Part shown: positions 19,016 to 26,125 of the stretch, one piece after another
How the letters are laid out: every line of letters starts with the position of its first letter
How positions within the stretch are numbered: the first letter of the stretch is position 1
Translations under genes and position numbers: made by a program
The notes under the pieces: model-generated
Told to the model about the DNA's origin: nothing
Seen by the model: the letters and a program-made list of their open reading frames with translations, nothing else
The model's database searches: none
Virus record (IMG/VR): IMGVR_UViG_3300034025_000048
Location: 1 to 32,426 of that record
Source: a virus
Taxonomy: Duplodnaviria > Caudoviricetes
Direction: 5' to 3' (one strand)
DNA: 32,426 nucleotides

Positions 19016-20847
19016 TTCCAGTTCTTAACGATATCGACAAGCTGCTGCAGGCGGCACCATCGCGCTACGGCCAGGCGATCGAGCGCGCGCTCAACCTGAC
19101 CGCGAGCGCTCGCTCGTTCGATGTGGCGCTCGACGCCACCGTCACCCCGGCTGCGATCGTGTTCATCGCGTCAGGCCCCGGCATGACAGGGCCGGTTCAG
19201 TTCACCACCGACAACGGCACAGAGCTTACTGTCGCCGGCAACGTGGCCACCCTGACGCCTGCAGGTCTCGTCGGCAGCGGCGTGACCGTTACCGCATCCA
19301 TGACGGTCGAGGGGCAGCCATACGTGGCGCGGCAAACGGTCGCGCGCGTGCTGGCGTTCGACTCATCGCCTCCGCCGGCGCCAGTCGGGCTGGCCACGGC
19401 TGGAACGCTGGCCACCATCCAGTTGACCTGGTCGGCTACCAACAACGTGAACGTCGGCAAAGTGGAGATTTGGCGATCGTTGACCGACGACCTCGGCGCG
19501 GCCGTTGCGGTGGGCGCCACGGCGGGCCTGGCGCGCTCCTACGCCGACAACATCGGCGCGGCCGGCTCATTTTTCTACTGGATTCGCTACATCTCAAAGG
19601 CGAACGTCGCCGGGCCATTTAACTCCGTGGCCGGCACAAGCGGAACGGCCGGCACTGACGGCGCGCACATCCTACAGCTGCTCACGAACAGGATTACCAA
19701 GTCGCAGCTGCTGGCGGATCTCCGGGCGGAAATTGAACTGTTGACGGCTTCGGAGGGCACGCCTGGCAGTGTCAACGCGCGCATCAAGACGGAGACCGAC
19801 GCCCGTGTCAATGCGCTGATCGGCGAAGTCACGGCCCGCGAGACGTACGTCAAGCAATACACGTATAGCAAGGCTGAGACTAACGAATCGCAGTCGCTGC
19901 TGGCATCGGACATCACGGCGAACTACCGCGCCTACGCGAACGCCGCTCGCGACGTGGCGATCTCGGCAGCGGCCGCTGACATTCGCAACTATAGCTACAG
20001 CCAGGCGGGCACCAACAGCGCGATCGCGGCAATGGCGTCGACCCTGCGGTCAGAGTTCGCGGCGGCCGGCAACGCGAGCGAATCCTATGTGCAAAACTAC
20101 ACGTACAGCAAGAGCGCGTTCGACAGTGCCCAGGCCGGCCAGACCAGCAGCATCACGGCGGCCTACAAGACCTACGCGGACGGCGCGCGCGACCAGGCTG
20201 TCACCACGGCGGCCGCCGATGTCCGCAACTACAGCTACAGCCAGGCCGGGACCAACAGCGCGATCGCATCCATGGCGACAACCCTGCGAGCGGAGTTTGC
20301 CTCTGGCAGCGGCGCTAGCGAAGCCTACGTGCAGAGCTACGCATACAGCAAGGCGACCGTAGACAGCGCCATTGCCCAGTCGACGTCGCAGCTGACCTCA
20401 ACGGTCGGAGGCCACACCACCACGCTACAAACCCAAGGCTCGTCGATTGACGGGTTGCGTGGACAGTTCACCGTCAAGATCGACAGCAACGGCTACGTGA
20501 CCGGCTACGGGCTGGCCAGTGGCGCGGTCAATGGCGTGCCGACATCGTCGTTCATCGTCAATGCCGCAAACTTCGCGGTAGCTGCGCCAGGCGTGGTTCC
20601 GAAAGTTATGTTTTCTGTCGGCCAGATCAATGGCCAGACCGCTGTCGGTATCGGTGGAGTTGCCGTACTAGACGACGCGATCACGGCCCGCGCGCTCGAC
20701 GTGCAGCAGCTTTCGGCTATCACGGGCGTCATCGGCACCCTGCGCACGGCGACCACAGGCGCGCGTACGGAGATTCACGACAACGTTCTCAAAATGTTCA
20801 ACGCGAGTAACCTGCGCGTCCTGCAGCTGGGGGACCTTACGCTATGA
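19012..20847 (+). CDS. Tail tip/host-specificity protein (FN3-like domain, helical repeats, gpJ-like C-terminus)
   Basis: 'VEIWRS...FFYWIRYI...GPFN' domain and DUF1983-like 'FTVKIDSNGYVTGYGL...SSFIVNAANFAV'. Confidence 0.8.
   Translation: MIPVLNDIDKLLQAAPSRYGQAIERALNLTASARSFDVALDATVTPAAIVFIASGPGMTGPVQFTTDNGTELTVAGNVATLTPAGLVGSGVTVTASMTVEGQPYVARQTVARVLAFDSSPPPAPVGLATAGTLATIQLTWSATNNVNVGKVEIWRSLTDDLGAAVAVGATAGLARSYADNIGAAGSFFYWIRYISKANVAGPFNSVAGTSGTAGTDGAHILQLLTNRITKSQLLADLRAEIELLTASEGTPGSVNARIKTETDARVNALIGEVTARETYVKQYTYSKAETNESQSLLASDITANYRAYANAARDVAISAAAADIRNYSYSQAGTNSAIAAMASTLRSEFAAAGNASESYVQNYTYSKSAFDSAQAGQTSSITAAYKTYADGARDQAVTTAAADVRNYSYSQAGTNSAIASMATTLRAEFASGSGASEAYVQSYAYSKATVDSAIAQSTSQLTSTVGGHTTTLQTQGSSIDGLRGQFTVKIDSNGYVTGYGLASGAVNGVPTSSFIVNAANFAVAAPGVVPKVMFSVGQINGQTAVGIGGVAVLDDAITARALDVQQLSAITGVIGTLRTATTGARTEIHDNVLKMFNASNLRVLQLGDLTL
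19840..20380 (+). repeat. Internal 240-nt (80-aa) duplication in the tail tip gene
   Basis: Segments at 19981 and 20221 both encode RNYSYSQAGTNSAIAxMAxTLRxEF. 'YVxxYxYSK' occurs three times at the same period. Confidence 0.85.
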
Positions 20848-21140
20848 CCTATGGCTTCCGAACATGGAAGGCGGACGGAACGCCTATGCTCACCCTGGAC
20901 GGTTCGGGCGGCGTCTACATAGGATTCATCCAACACGACCCGAATGCCGGCGGTTCGAATCAATATGTTTTTACGAACATCGGCGATTTGCAGCTGCGCG
21001 TCGTGCAGGCGAACGGGAATCGGAACTATTGGCGGTTAGGCACGGTCGGCGGCTACCCAGCAATAATTATCGAGGAATATGAGTCGACAACACATTATGA
21101 TTACGGCGGGACATTGGACCTGTGGGTCTTTGGAGTTTGA
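20844..21140 (+). CDS. Small tail-tip accessory protein
   Basis: 98 aa, 'MTYGFRTWKADGT' start typical of genes following J-like proteins, lower GC. Confidence 0.65.
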   Translation: MTYGFRTWKADGTPMLTLDGSGGVYIGFIQHDPNAGGSNQYVFTNIGDLQLRVVQANGNRNYWRLGTVGGYPAIIIEEYESTTHYDYGGTLDLWVFGV

Positions 21141-21938
21141 ATGGCATTCGGTCTAAAAATTAATACGACAAATGGGGAGCGTTTGCTGGATAACCAGTTC
21201 ATGCTGCCCGAGTTCGTGGGTAAGGTTTATATAAACCCCACCCCCAGCTACGACTACATTTCCACAAACAGTCATAACAACGCGGCGGGAGTTTATCGGA
21301 CCAGGAATTACGACTTTGCGGCCGGGCAGGGTATCGAGGCGCTGGCCGGTCCGCTGGCCGGAAGAAACTTTATGATTTTCTGGAAGTATCCGGATACCGG
21401 TGCGGCCGACCTTTGGTGGAACACGTACTACTTTGGAGCGATGAATTTGTTTTCCAAGAATGCATCGCCGCCAAGCCTCCCGATCGGATACGTTTTTGCG
21501 GTAGGCCACGCCGTGGCGAGTAATGCCCAGTTCGGAATGCGCTACTGGAACGATGCCGGCACGCTCATGTTCGATAGCGGCAACCGCCAGCTGCAGCCGT
21601 ACTCTGTGGCGACCGGGATGAATTTCGATATGACCACCATCAACACCGTGCAGCCCCCGATGCCGGCGGCTCCCGGATTTTTGCAGCCGGTTTGCTATTT
21701 CATTTCGGATGTTCGGCAGGCTTCCAGCGATGAATACCCGAATAGTGGCCAGTTCAATTACATGTATGCGAACGGAGGCATCCGGCGTAATGGGCCTTAC
21801 ATTCAGTCCTTTATGCCAATGACAGAGAAATACGATTACAGCGGCGTGTCGGAGCCAAATAACTGGAGCGACAACGCGTTTTTCGGCTCAACCACAGGGC
21901 TAGTAATGCCCATAATCGACTGCTCTATTTACGACTGA
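21141..21938 (+). CDS. Tail-tip accessory/receptor-binding candidate
   Basis: 265 aa, 'FGLKINTTNG' and 'FGMRYWNDAGTLMFDS' motifs, aromatic/Asn-rich, lower GC. Confidence 0.65.
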   Translation: MAFGLKINTTNGERLLDNQFMLPEFVGKVYINPTPSYDYISTNSHNNAAGVYRTRNYDFAAGQGIEALAGPLAGRNFMIFWKYPDTGAADLWWNTYYFGAMNLFSKNASPPSLPIGYVFAVGHAVASNAQFGMRYWNDAGTLMFDSGNRQLQPYSVATGMNFDMTTINTVQPPMPAAPGFLQPVCYFISDVRQASSDEYPNSGQFNYMYANGGIRRNGPYIQSFMPMTEKYDYSGVSEPNNWSDNAFFGSTTGLVMPIIDCSIYD

Positions 21939-21940
21939 CC

Positions 21941-22579
21941 ATGATAAATAAAAATATTGTTACACCCAACCTGGTAGCCGCGGCATTTCACCGGGTATCA
22001 GAAATTCAAGCAGTGCCACCATTTGCCTATGCTCGGGTAAGCGTTGTCAGCTACACCGACGAAGCCGCATATTTGGCGGGCGCCGGCCTGGTGTATGTCA
22101 CGCCGTTGATGGTTCCAATCGATATGGTCAACGGATCATTGCTAGCTACTGTTGAGGACTGGATTATCGGGAATGAAGCGAGTCCATTCGAAGGCGGCAC
22201 CGTCGCGATCGATAAACTCGATACTTTGGATAACGCGCGCGACCGGGCGTGGGACAAGTTCAAGCGTATCCGCGATGCGAAAGAGGCGGAGCCTTTTGAG
22301 CACAACGGCCGTGTTTATGACGCCAACAAGATCAGCGTTACCGGTGCCGCGCTCGCTGCCTTTATGGCCGTCTCCGCCCAGGCGCCTTATTCGATTAACT
22401 TCACCCTTGCCGATAACAGCGTCGTGGTCCTGGATGGCCCCGAGATGATGGCAGTGGGGATCGCGCTCCTGCAGCACATCGACAATGCTCACCAGCTGGG
22501 CCGCCAGGTGCGTGAGCTGATCTATGCCCCGGAAACGGATACGTTCGACAAAATCGCCGCCATCACCTGGCCGGCTTAA
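21941..22579 (+). CDS. DUF4376-like tail fibre assembly-type protein
   Basis: C-terminal 'WDKFKRIRD...FTLADNSVVVLD...IAAITWP'. Confidence 0.7.
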   Translation: MINKNIVTPNLVAAAFHRVSEIQAVPPFAYARVSVVSYTDEAAYLAGAGLVYVTPLMVPIDMVNGSLLATVEDWIIGNEASPFEGGTVAIDKLDTLDNARDRAWDKFKRIRDAKEAEPFEHNGRVYDANKISVTGAALAAFMAVSAQAPYSINFTLADNSVVVLDGPEMMAVGIALLQHIDNAHQLGRQVRELIYAPETDTFDKIAAITWPA

Positions 22580-22588
22580 TGGTGCCTC

Positions 22589-23416
22589 ATGGATAAAGTA
22601 AAACTGATCATCGACAACGCAGCACGGCGCGCGGTTATGACCGCCACGCCGGTCGCGCCCGGCATGGCGATCGCCGCGACACTCAACAGCACCATGTCGA
22701 ACGTGTGCAGGGCAACCGGCACCGCCCTCGATATTACGATGACATGGCCCAGCACGGAGCGGATAGGCGGGGTCCACCTGATCGGCAACCTCACGCCCAC
22801 GGCGACCATCGAGGTCCTCGGCTACTCCGATGCTGCCGGCACGACGCTCGTGCGCCAGGTCGGCCCTATCCTTGCGTGCCCTGCGCCGGCGCGCAAGCTG
22901 CGATTCCCCTGGACCGCAGCCACGGCCGCCGTCGCCTACGCTTATGGCGGGGGTAGTCACGGCTTCGCATGGTTCGACAACACGAATGTACGCCGCTTGA
23001 TAGTCAAGATCCGGGACACGGCGAGCCTGCAGGGCTACATCGAGATTTCGCGGCAGTTCGTGGGAGAGTCCTTCTCCCCGGACGAGAATGCCGCCTACAA
23101 CCCGGGGCTGACTCCTGTGCATCTCGGCAGCCAGTATCGGACTCACGCCGGAGATCGCCGCTCGATTAAGGGGACGAAGCACTTCAAGCTGGCTATCGAG
23201 CTGGAGCACATGACAGAGTCCGACCGCAACTACATCTGGAACATGATGGTAGCGAACGGCCTCGATGAGCCGATGATCGTCAGCCTCTACCCTGGCGATG
23301 CATCACCCTCGCGCGAGAGGGATCACATGATGCTTGGCGCTTTAGTGCAGACGTCTGCAATGCGGCGTCCAAACTTTGCGCAGCATGCCACCTCCCTGGA
23401 GTGGGAAAGCATGTAG
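22589..23416 (+). CDS. Minor tail structural protein (possibly distal-tail-like)
   Basis: 275 aa, 'NLTPTATI' and 'GYIEISRQFVG...SP..NAAY...RTHAG' pattern, last gene of the tail block. Confidence 0.55.
   Translation: MDKVKLIIDNAARRAVMTATPVAPGMAIAATLNSTMSNVCRATGTALDITMTWPSTERIGGVHLIGNLTPTATIEVLGYSDAAGTTLVRQVGPILACPAPARKLRFPWTAATAAVAYAYGGGSHGFAWFDNTNVRRLIVKIRDTASLQGYIEISRQFVGESFSPDENAAYNPGLTPVHLGSQYRTHAGDRRSIKGTKHFKLAIELEHMTESDRNYIWNMMVANGLDEPMIVSLYPGDASPSRERDHMMLGALVQTSAMRRPNFAQHATSLEWESM
23346..23359. promoter_or_regulatory. Palindrome TGCAGACGTCTGCA (copy 2 of 3), intragenic
   Basis: Identical to the cores at 7418 and 31582, about 75 bp upstream of the lysis promoter dyad. Confidence 0.6.
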
Positions 23417-23432
23417 CAAATGGTGCCGGGGC

Positions 23433-23475
23433 GTCTCAATTTGCCCTTATTTGAGACGTCGGAATTGCATAGTCT
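23433..23475 (+). promoter_or_regulatory. Late promoter copy 3: GTCTCAA-N11-TTGAGAC plus -10 TAGTCT (23470-23475)
   Basis: Same dyad and spacer, intergenic upstream of the lysis cassette. Confidence 0.8.
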
Positions 23476-23535
23476 TCTCCCCAGGGAACGTTTCTGTTCC
23501 GCATGCTTTTTCCACCACCCTGGCTCCGAGATTCT

Positions 23536-23862
23536 ATGACCACCACCTCCACCGCTGAACCTCGCATCATCGACACCAAAATGCAGCTGACCTGGCTGCT
23601 CAGTACCGCCGGGGCGATCATCGTCGCGCTGGGCGCCTTCGCTGTATCCAACGCCAGCAACACCGAAAAGACCCAGGCGAAACTCGACCTGCTGCGCGCT
23701 GACCAGGCCACGCTGATTGTGAACATCGCCAAGCTCGAAAAGCGCAGCGACGACCGCGACGGCCGGCAAGACCAGTTCAAGGAAACACTGTTCGGTATGC
23801 AGCGCGCCATCGACAGCCTGAACATGCGCACGGAAGCGGTGGAAAGGGTGGTGCGCAAATGA
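23536..23862 (+). CDS. Single-TM coiled-coil lysis-module membrane protein (holin/antiholin-like)
   Basis: One hydrophobic helix (LTWLLSTAGAIIVALGAFAV) followed by a coiled coil. First gene of the lysis cassette. Confidence 0.55.
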   Translation: MTTTSTAEPRIIDTKMQLTWLLSTAGAIIVALGAFAVSNASNTEKTQAKLDLLRADQATLIVNIAKLEKRSDDRDGRQDQFKETLFGMQRAIDSLNMRTEAVERVVRK

Positions 23863-24329
23863 TCATGACTCTGCTCTCGATGCTCGGCGGCGGTCTGATG
23901 CGCATGCTGCCCGAGCTGATCGGCTTCATGAACAAGAAGACGGACAACGCTCACGAGCTGGCCATGCTGGACCGCCAGTTCCAGCTGGAGTCGACCAGGT
24001 CGGCCGCGCGCGTGCATGAGATTGAAGTGCAGGGCGACATCAGCCAGACATTAGCCCTCCTGGACGCGCAGAAGGAAGCGCTACGCGGTCAAATGCAGTT
24101 GGCCGGTATCTGGTGGGTCGACGCCTTAAACTTCCTTGTGCGGCCGCTGACAACGTACTACTTCCTGGTGTTCTACGGCATCGTGAAACTGGCCACGATC
24201 GTGGTGGCCATGCGCGCGGCCGACCCTTGGGTGTCGATCATCCAGTGTTGGTCGAAGGACGACGCGGCGATCTTGGCCGGCATACTGTCGTTCTGGTTTG
24301 TCGGTCGCGTTTTCGACAAGAGCAAATGA
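23859..24329 (+). CDS. Holin-like membrane protein
   Basis: Hydrophobic segments with 'VRPLTTY' and 'ILSFWFVGRVFDK', directly upstream of the lysozyme. Confidence 0.65.
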   Translation: MIMTLLSMLGGGLMRMLPELIGFMNKKTDNAHELAMLDRQFQLESTRSAARVHEIEVQGDISQTLALLDAQKEALRGQMQLAGIWWVDALNFLVRPLTTYYFLVFYGIVKLATIVVAMRAADPWVSIIQCWSKDDAAILAGILSFWFVGRVFDKSK

Positions 24330-24853
24330 GCGCGATCAAACTGGCACTGCCCCTGGTCAAGTTGTCGGAGGGGCTTTGCCTGCGCGCCTACCCTGACCCG
24401 GCGTCGCCGTTGTCGATGGCGATGGCCGCGCGGCGCATCCTCCGTCCCTACAAGGCTTTCGCAGCCGAGATACCTGCGGATCTGCGCCACCTGTCCGGCG
24501 CGCCCTGGACGATCGGCTACGGCGAAACTTTCGGCATTGTCGAGGGGATGGTCTGGACCAAGGAAAAGGCCGAGCTGGAACTGGTGCGGCGCCTGGCCAG
24601 CTTTGCCAAGGGCGTGCTCAAGCGCTGCCCCCAGTTGCACCTGGAGCCGGAAAGCCGGCTGGCCGCTTGCATCTCTCTTGCCTACAACATTGGCCTCGGC
24701 GCGTTTGGCGCGTCATCGATCTGCAGGAAAACCGCCAGGCAGGAATACGCTGCCGCAGCGGACTCATTCAGACTTTGGAACAAAGCCAACGGCAAGGTGA
24801 TGGCTGGCCTGACCACTCGCCGCGCCCTGGAGCGCGACCTGTACCTGCAATAA
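24326..24853 (+). CDS. Endolysin, GH24 phage lysozyme
   Basis: Motifs 'SEGLCLRAYPD', 'WTIGYG', 'SLAYNIG' and 'WNKANGKVMAGLTTRR'. ATGA-coupled start. Confidence 0.92.
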   Translation: MSAIKLALPLVKLSEGLCLRAYPDPASPLSMAMAARRILRPYKAFAAEIPADLRHLSGAPWTIGYGETFGIVEGMVWTKEKAELELVRRLASFAKGVLKRCPQLHLEPESRLAACISLAYNIGLGAFGASSICRKTARQEYAAAADSFRLWNKANGKVMAGLTTRRALERDLYLQ

Positions 24854-24860
24854 ATTCAAG

Positions 24861-24971
24861 ACAGAGCGACCGCCGTGCCTGCGCTAACAAGCGCGGCGGA
24901 CCTCAATCCACTGACGAACCAGTGAACCAAGCAAGGCTCTGTACCTCCCGGGAGGCGCGCGGAGTCTAGCA
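24861..24971. ncRNA. Candidate structured RNA between endolysin and methylase
   Basis: Closing stem ACAGAGC/GCTCTGT encloses two hairpins and a third hairpin follows. A minus-strand extended -10 TGcTAGACT lies at 24971-24963. Confidence 0.5.
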
Positions 24972-24996
24972 CAATAATTAATAAAAAGGTTTACTT

Positions 24997-25785
24997 ATGG
25001 CAATGCCTATCATTCCGTGGATCGGCGGCAAGCGCCGCCTGTTTGACCACCTGGTCCCACAATTCCCTTCCCACGACTGTTATGTCGAGGTGTTCGCCGG
25101 CGGCGCTGCGCTGTATTTCATGCGGCCGCCAGCAAAGGTCGAGGTCATCAACGACATCAACGGCGAGCTGGTGCGGCTGTATCGAGTCGTCCAGAATCAT
25201 CTGGAAGAGTTCGTGCGGCATTTCAAGTTCGCGCTGGCCAGCCGCGAGGTGTTCGCCTGGCACCAGGAAACGCCGCCCGACACGCTGACCGACATCCAGC
25301 GCGCCGTGCGTTTCTTTTACCTGCAGCAGCACGCGTTCGGCGGCAAGGTGAATAGCCAGACCTGGGGCACCGCGACGACGACGCCACCAATCAACCTGCT
25401 CCGCATCGAGGAGAACCTGTCTGCGGCCCACTTGCGGCTCGCTGGCGCCTTCATCGAGCACATGGACTGGTACAAGCTCATGGAGCGCTACGATCGGCCC
25501 CATACGCTGTTCTATCTGGACCCGCCGTATCTAGAAACCGAAGGATATGGGGTCGACTTCTCCAAGGATGAGTACGTAAAGATGGCGGAATTGATGGGCC
25601 GGCTCAAGGGCAAGGCGATCCTGAGCCTGAACGACCATCCCGAGATCCGGCGCATCTTCGGTGCGTTCCAAATGGACACTGTGCCGATCACGTATACCGT
25701 AGGCGGCGGAGGAAAGGCGGTCGACCGTGGTGAGCTGATTATCTATAGCTGGGACCGAGCTGCAGAGCCGGCCGGCCTGTTCTAG
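24997..25785 (+). CDS. D12-class (Dam-like) N6-adenine DNA methyltransferase, orphan
   Basis: Motifs 'PWIGGKRR', 'YVEVFAGG', 'EVINDIN' and catalytic 'YLDPPY'. Confidence 0.95.
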   Translation: MAMPIIPWIGGKRRLFDHLVPQFPSHDCYVEVFAGGAALYFMRPPAKVEVINDINGELVRLYRVVQNHLEEFVRHFKFALASREVFAWHQETPPDTLTDIQRAVRFFYLQQHAFGGKVNSQTWGTATTTPPINLLRIEENLSAAHLRLAGAFIEHMDWYKLMERYDRPHTLFYLDPPYLETEGYGVDFSKDEYVKMAELMGRLKGKAILSLNDHPEIRRIFGAFQMDTVPITYTVGGGGKAVDRGELIIYSWDRAAEPAGLF

Positions 25786-25827
25786 CCGTGAATTCCACGG
25801 CGTAACTTTTGGCGTAACTAGCCGGGA

Positions 25828-25926
25828 TTAGCGAGCACTCTTCATAGGGGGAACACCTTCATGCATCATGGGGGTGTGCTTGCTTTTAGGTCCGTTTGCA
25901 AGTGCTTGATTTAACGCAGTATTCAT
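25828..25926 (-). CDS. 32-aa mini-ORF, putative phage-supplied replacement N-terminus for host MutS
   Basis: MNTALNQALANGPKSKHTPMM|HEGVPPMKSAR*. MutS begins with HTPMMQQY and the similarity stops at ATGATGCA. Confidence 0.7.
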   Translation of the reverse strand: MNTALNQALANGPKSKHTPMMHEGVPPMKSAR

Positions 25927-25942
25927 TCGTAAGCTTTTGATT
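25899..25942 (-). promoter_or_regulatory. Two IHF binding sites
   Basis: AATCAAGCACTTG (25911-25899) and AATCAAAAGCTTA (25942-25930) both match WATCAANNNNTTR exactly. Confidence 0.75.
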
Positions 25943-25980
25943 TGCCTAACATTTCTGTTCAATCGCTGCGACCGTCGAGC

Positions 25981-26020
25981 GATCACGACACATCACAACA
26001 CATCACAACACTTCACAGTT
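25981..26020. repeat. 10-bp tandem repeats, candidate excisionase (AlpA/RDF) sites
   Basis: GATCACGACA CATCACAACA CATCACAACA CTTCACAGTT. Confidence 0.65.
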
Positions 26021-26063
26021 TAGCGTAGCTTTTTTTGCTTAAAAAATAAAGCTACGCTAAACT
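26017..26063. promoter_or_regulatory. 16-bp perfect inverted repeat containing arm-like sites and the likely int promoter
   Basis: AGTTTAGCGTAGCTTT-N15-AAAGCTACGCTAAACT. TTGCTT(26035)-N17-TAAACT(26058) on the + strand. Confidence 0.65.
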
Positions 26064-26125
26064 CGCCCCTGTTTTTCTGAACCTTAGAAAAAACCTACGC
26101 CGGACTTACGCCGGAAGGGGCAACC

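Larger units (their letters stand above)
25799..26115. other. attP region with core at about 25853-25881 matching the mutS HTPMM motif
   Basis: Arm repeats GGCGTAACT x2 (25799, 25811) and (C/T)TACGCCGGA x2 (26095, 26106) in opposite orientation. Imperfect core dyad ACACCTTCA-TGCATCA-TGGGGGTGT. IHF boxes present. Adjacent to int. Confidence 0.85.

Noticed and set aside
19012-22579. Possible diversity-generating retroelement target in the tail-tip genes
   Set aside because: No reverse transcriptase is in the window and I saw no template/variable repeat pair differing at adenines. The 240-nt duplication differs at all base types.
24667-24969. 100-aa ORF overlapping the lysozyme end as a possible spanin
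   Set aside because: It has no signal peptide, lipobox or transmembrane segment, and it runs through the structured RNA region.
24997-25785. Restriction-modification or defence system
   Set aside because: No endonuclease or specificity subunit is nearby, so it is treated as an orphan methylase.
25862-25880. CATGGGG-TG resembles a tRNA-Pro(GGG) anticodon arm as an att core
   Set aside because: There is no T-arm or CCA context, and the minus-strand in-frame KHTPMM match to MutS explains the sequence better.
26017-26063. Inverted repeat as a terminator or IS end
   Set aside because: The A/T runs lie inside the repeat rather than after it, no transposase is present, and the arms match the att arm-site motif.
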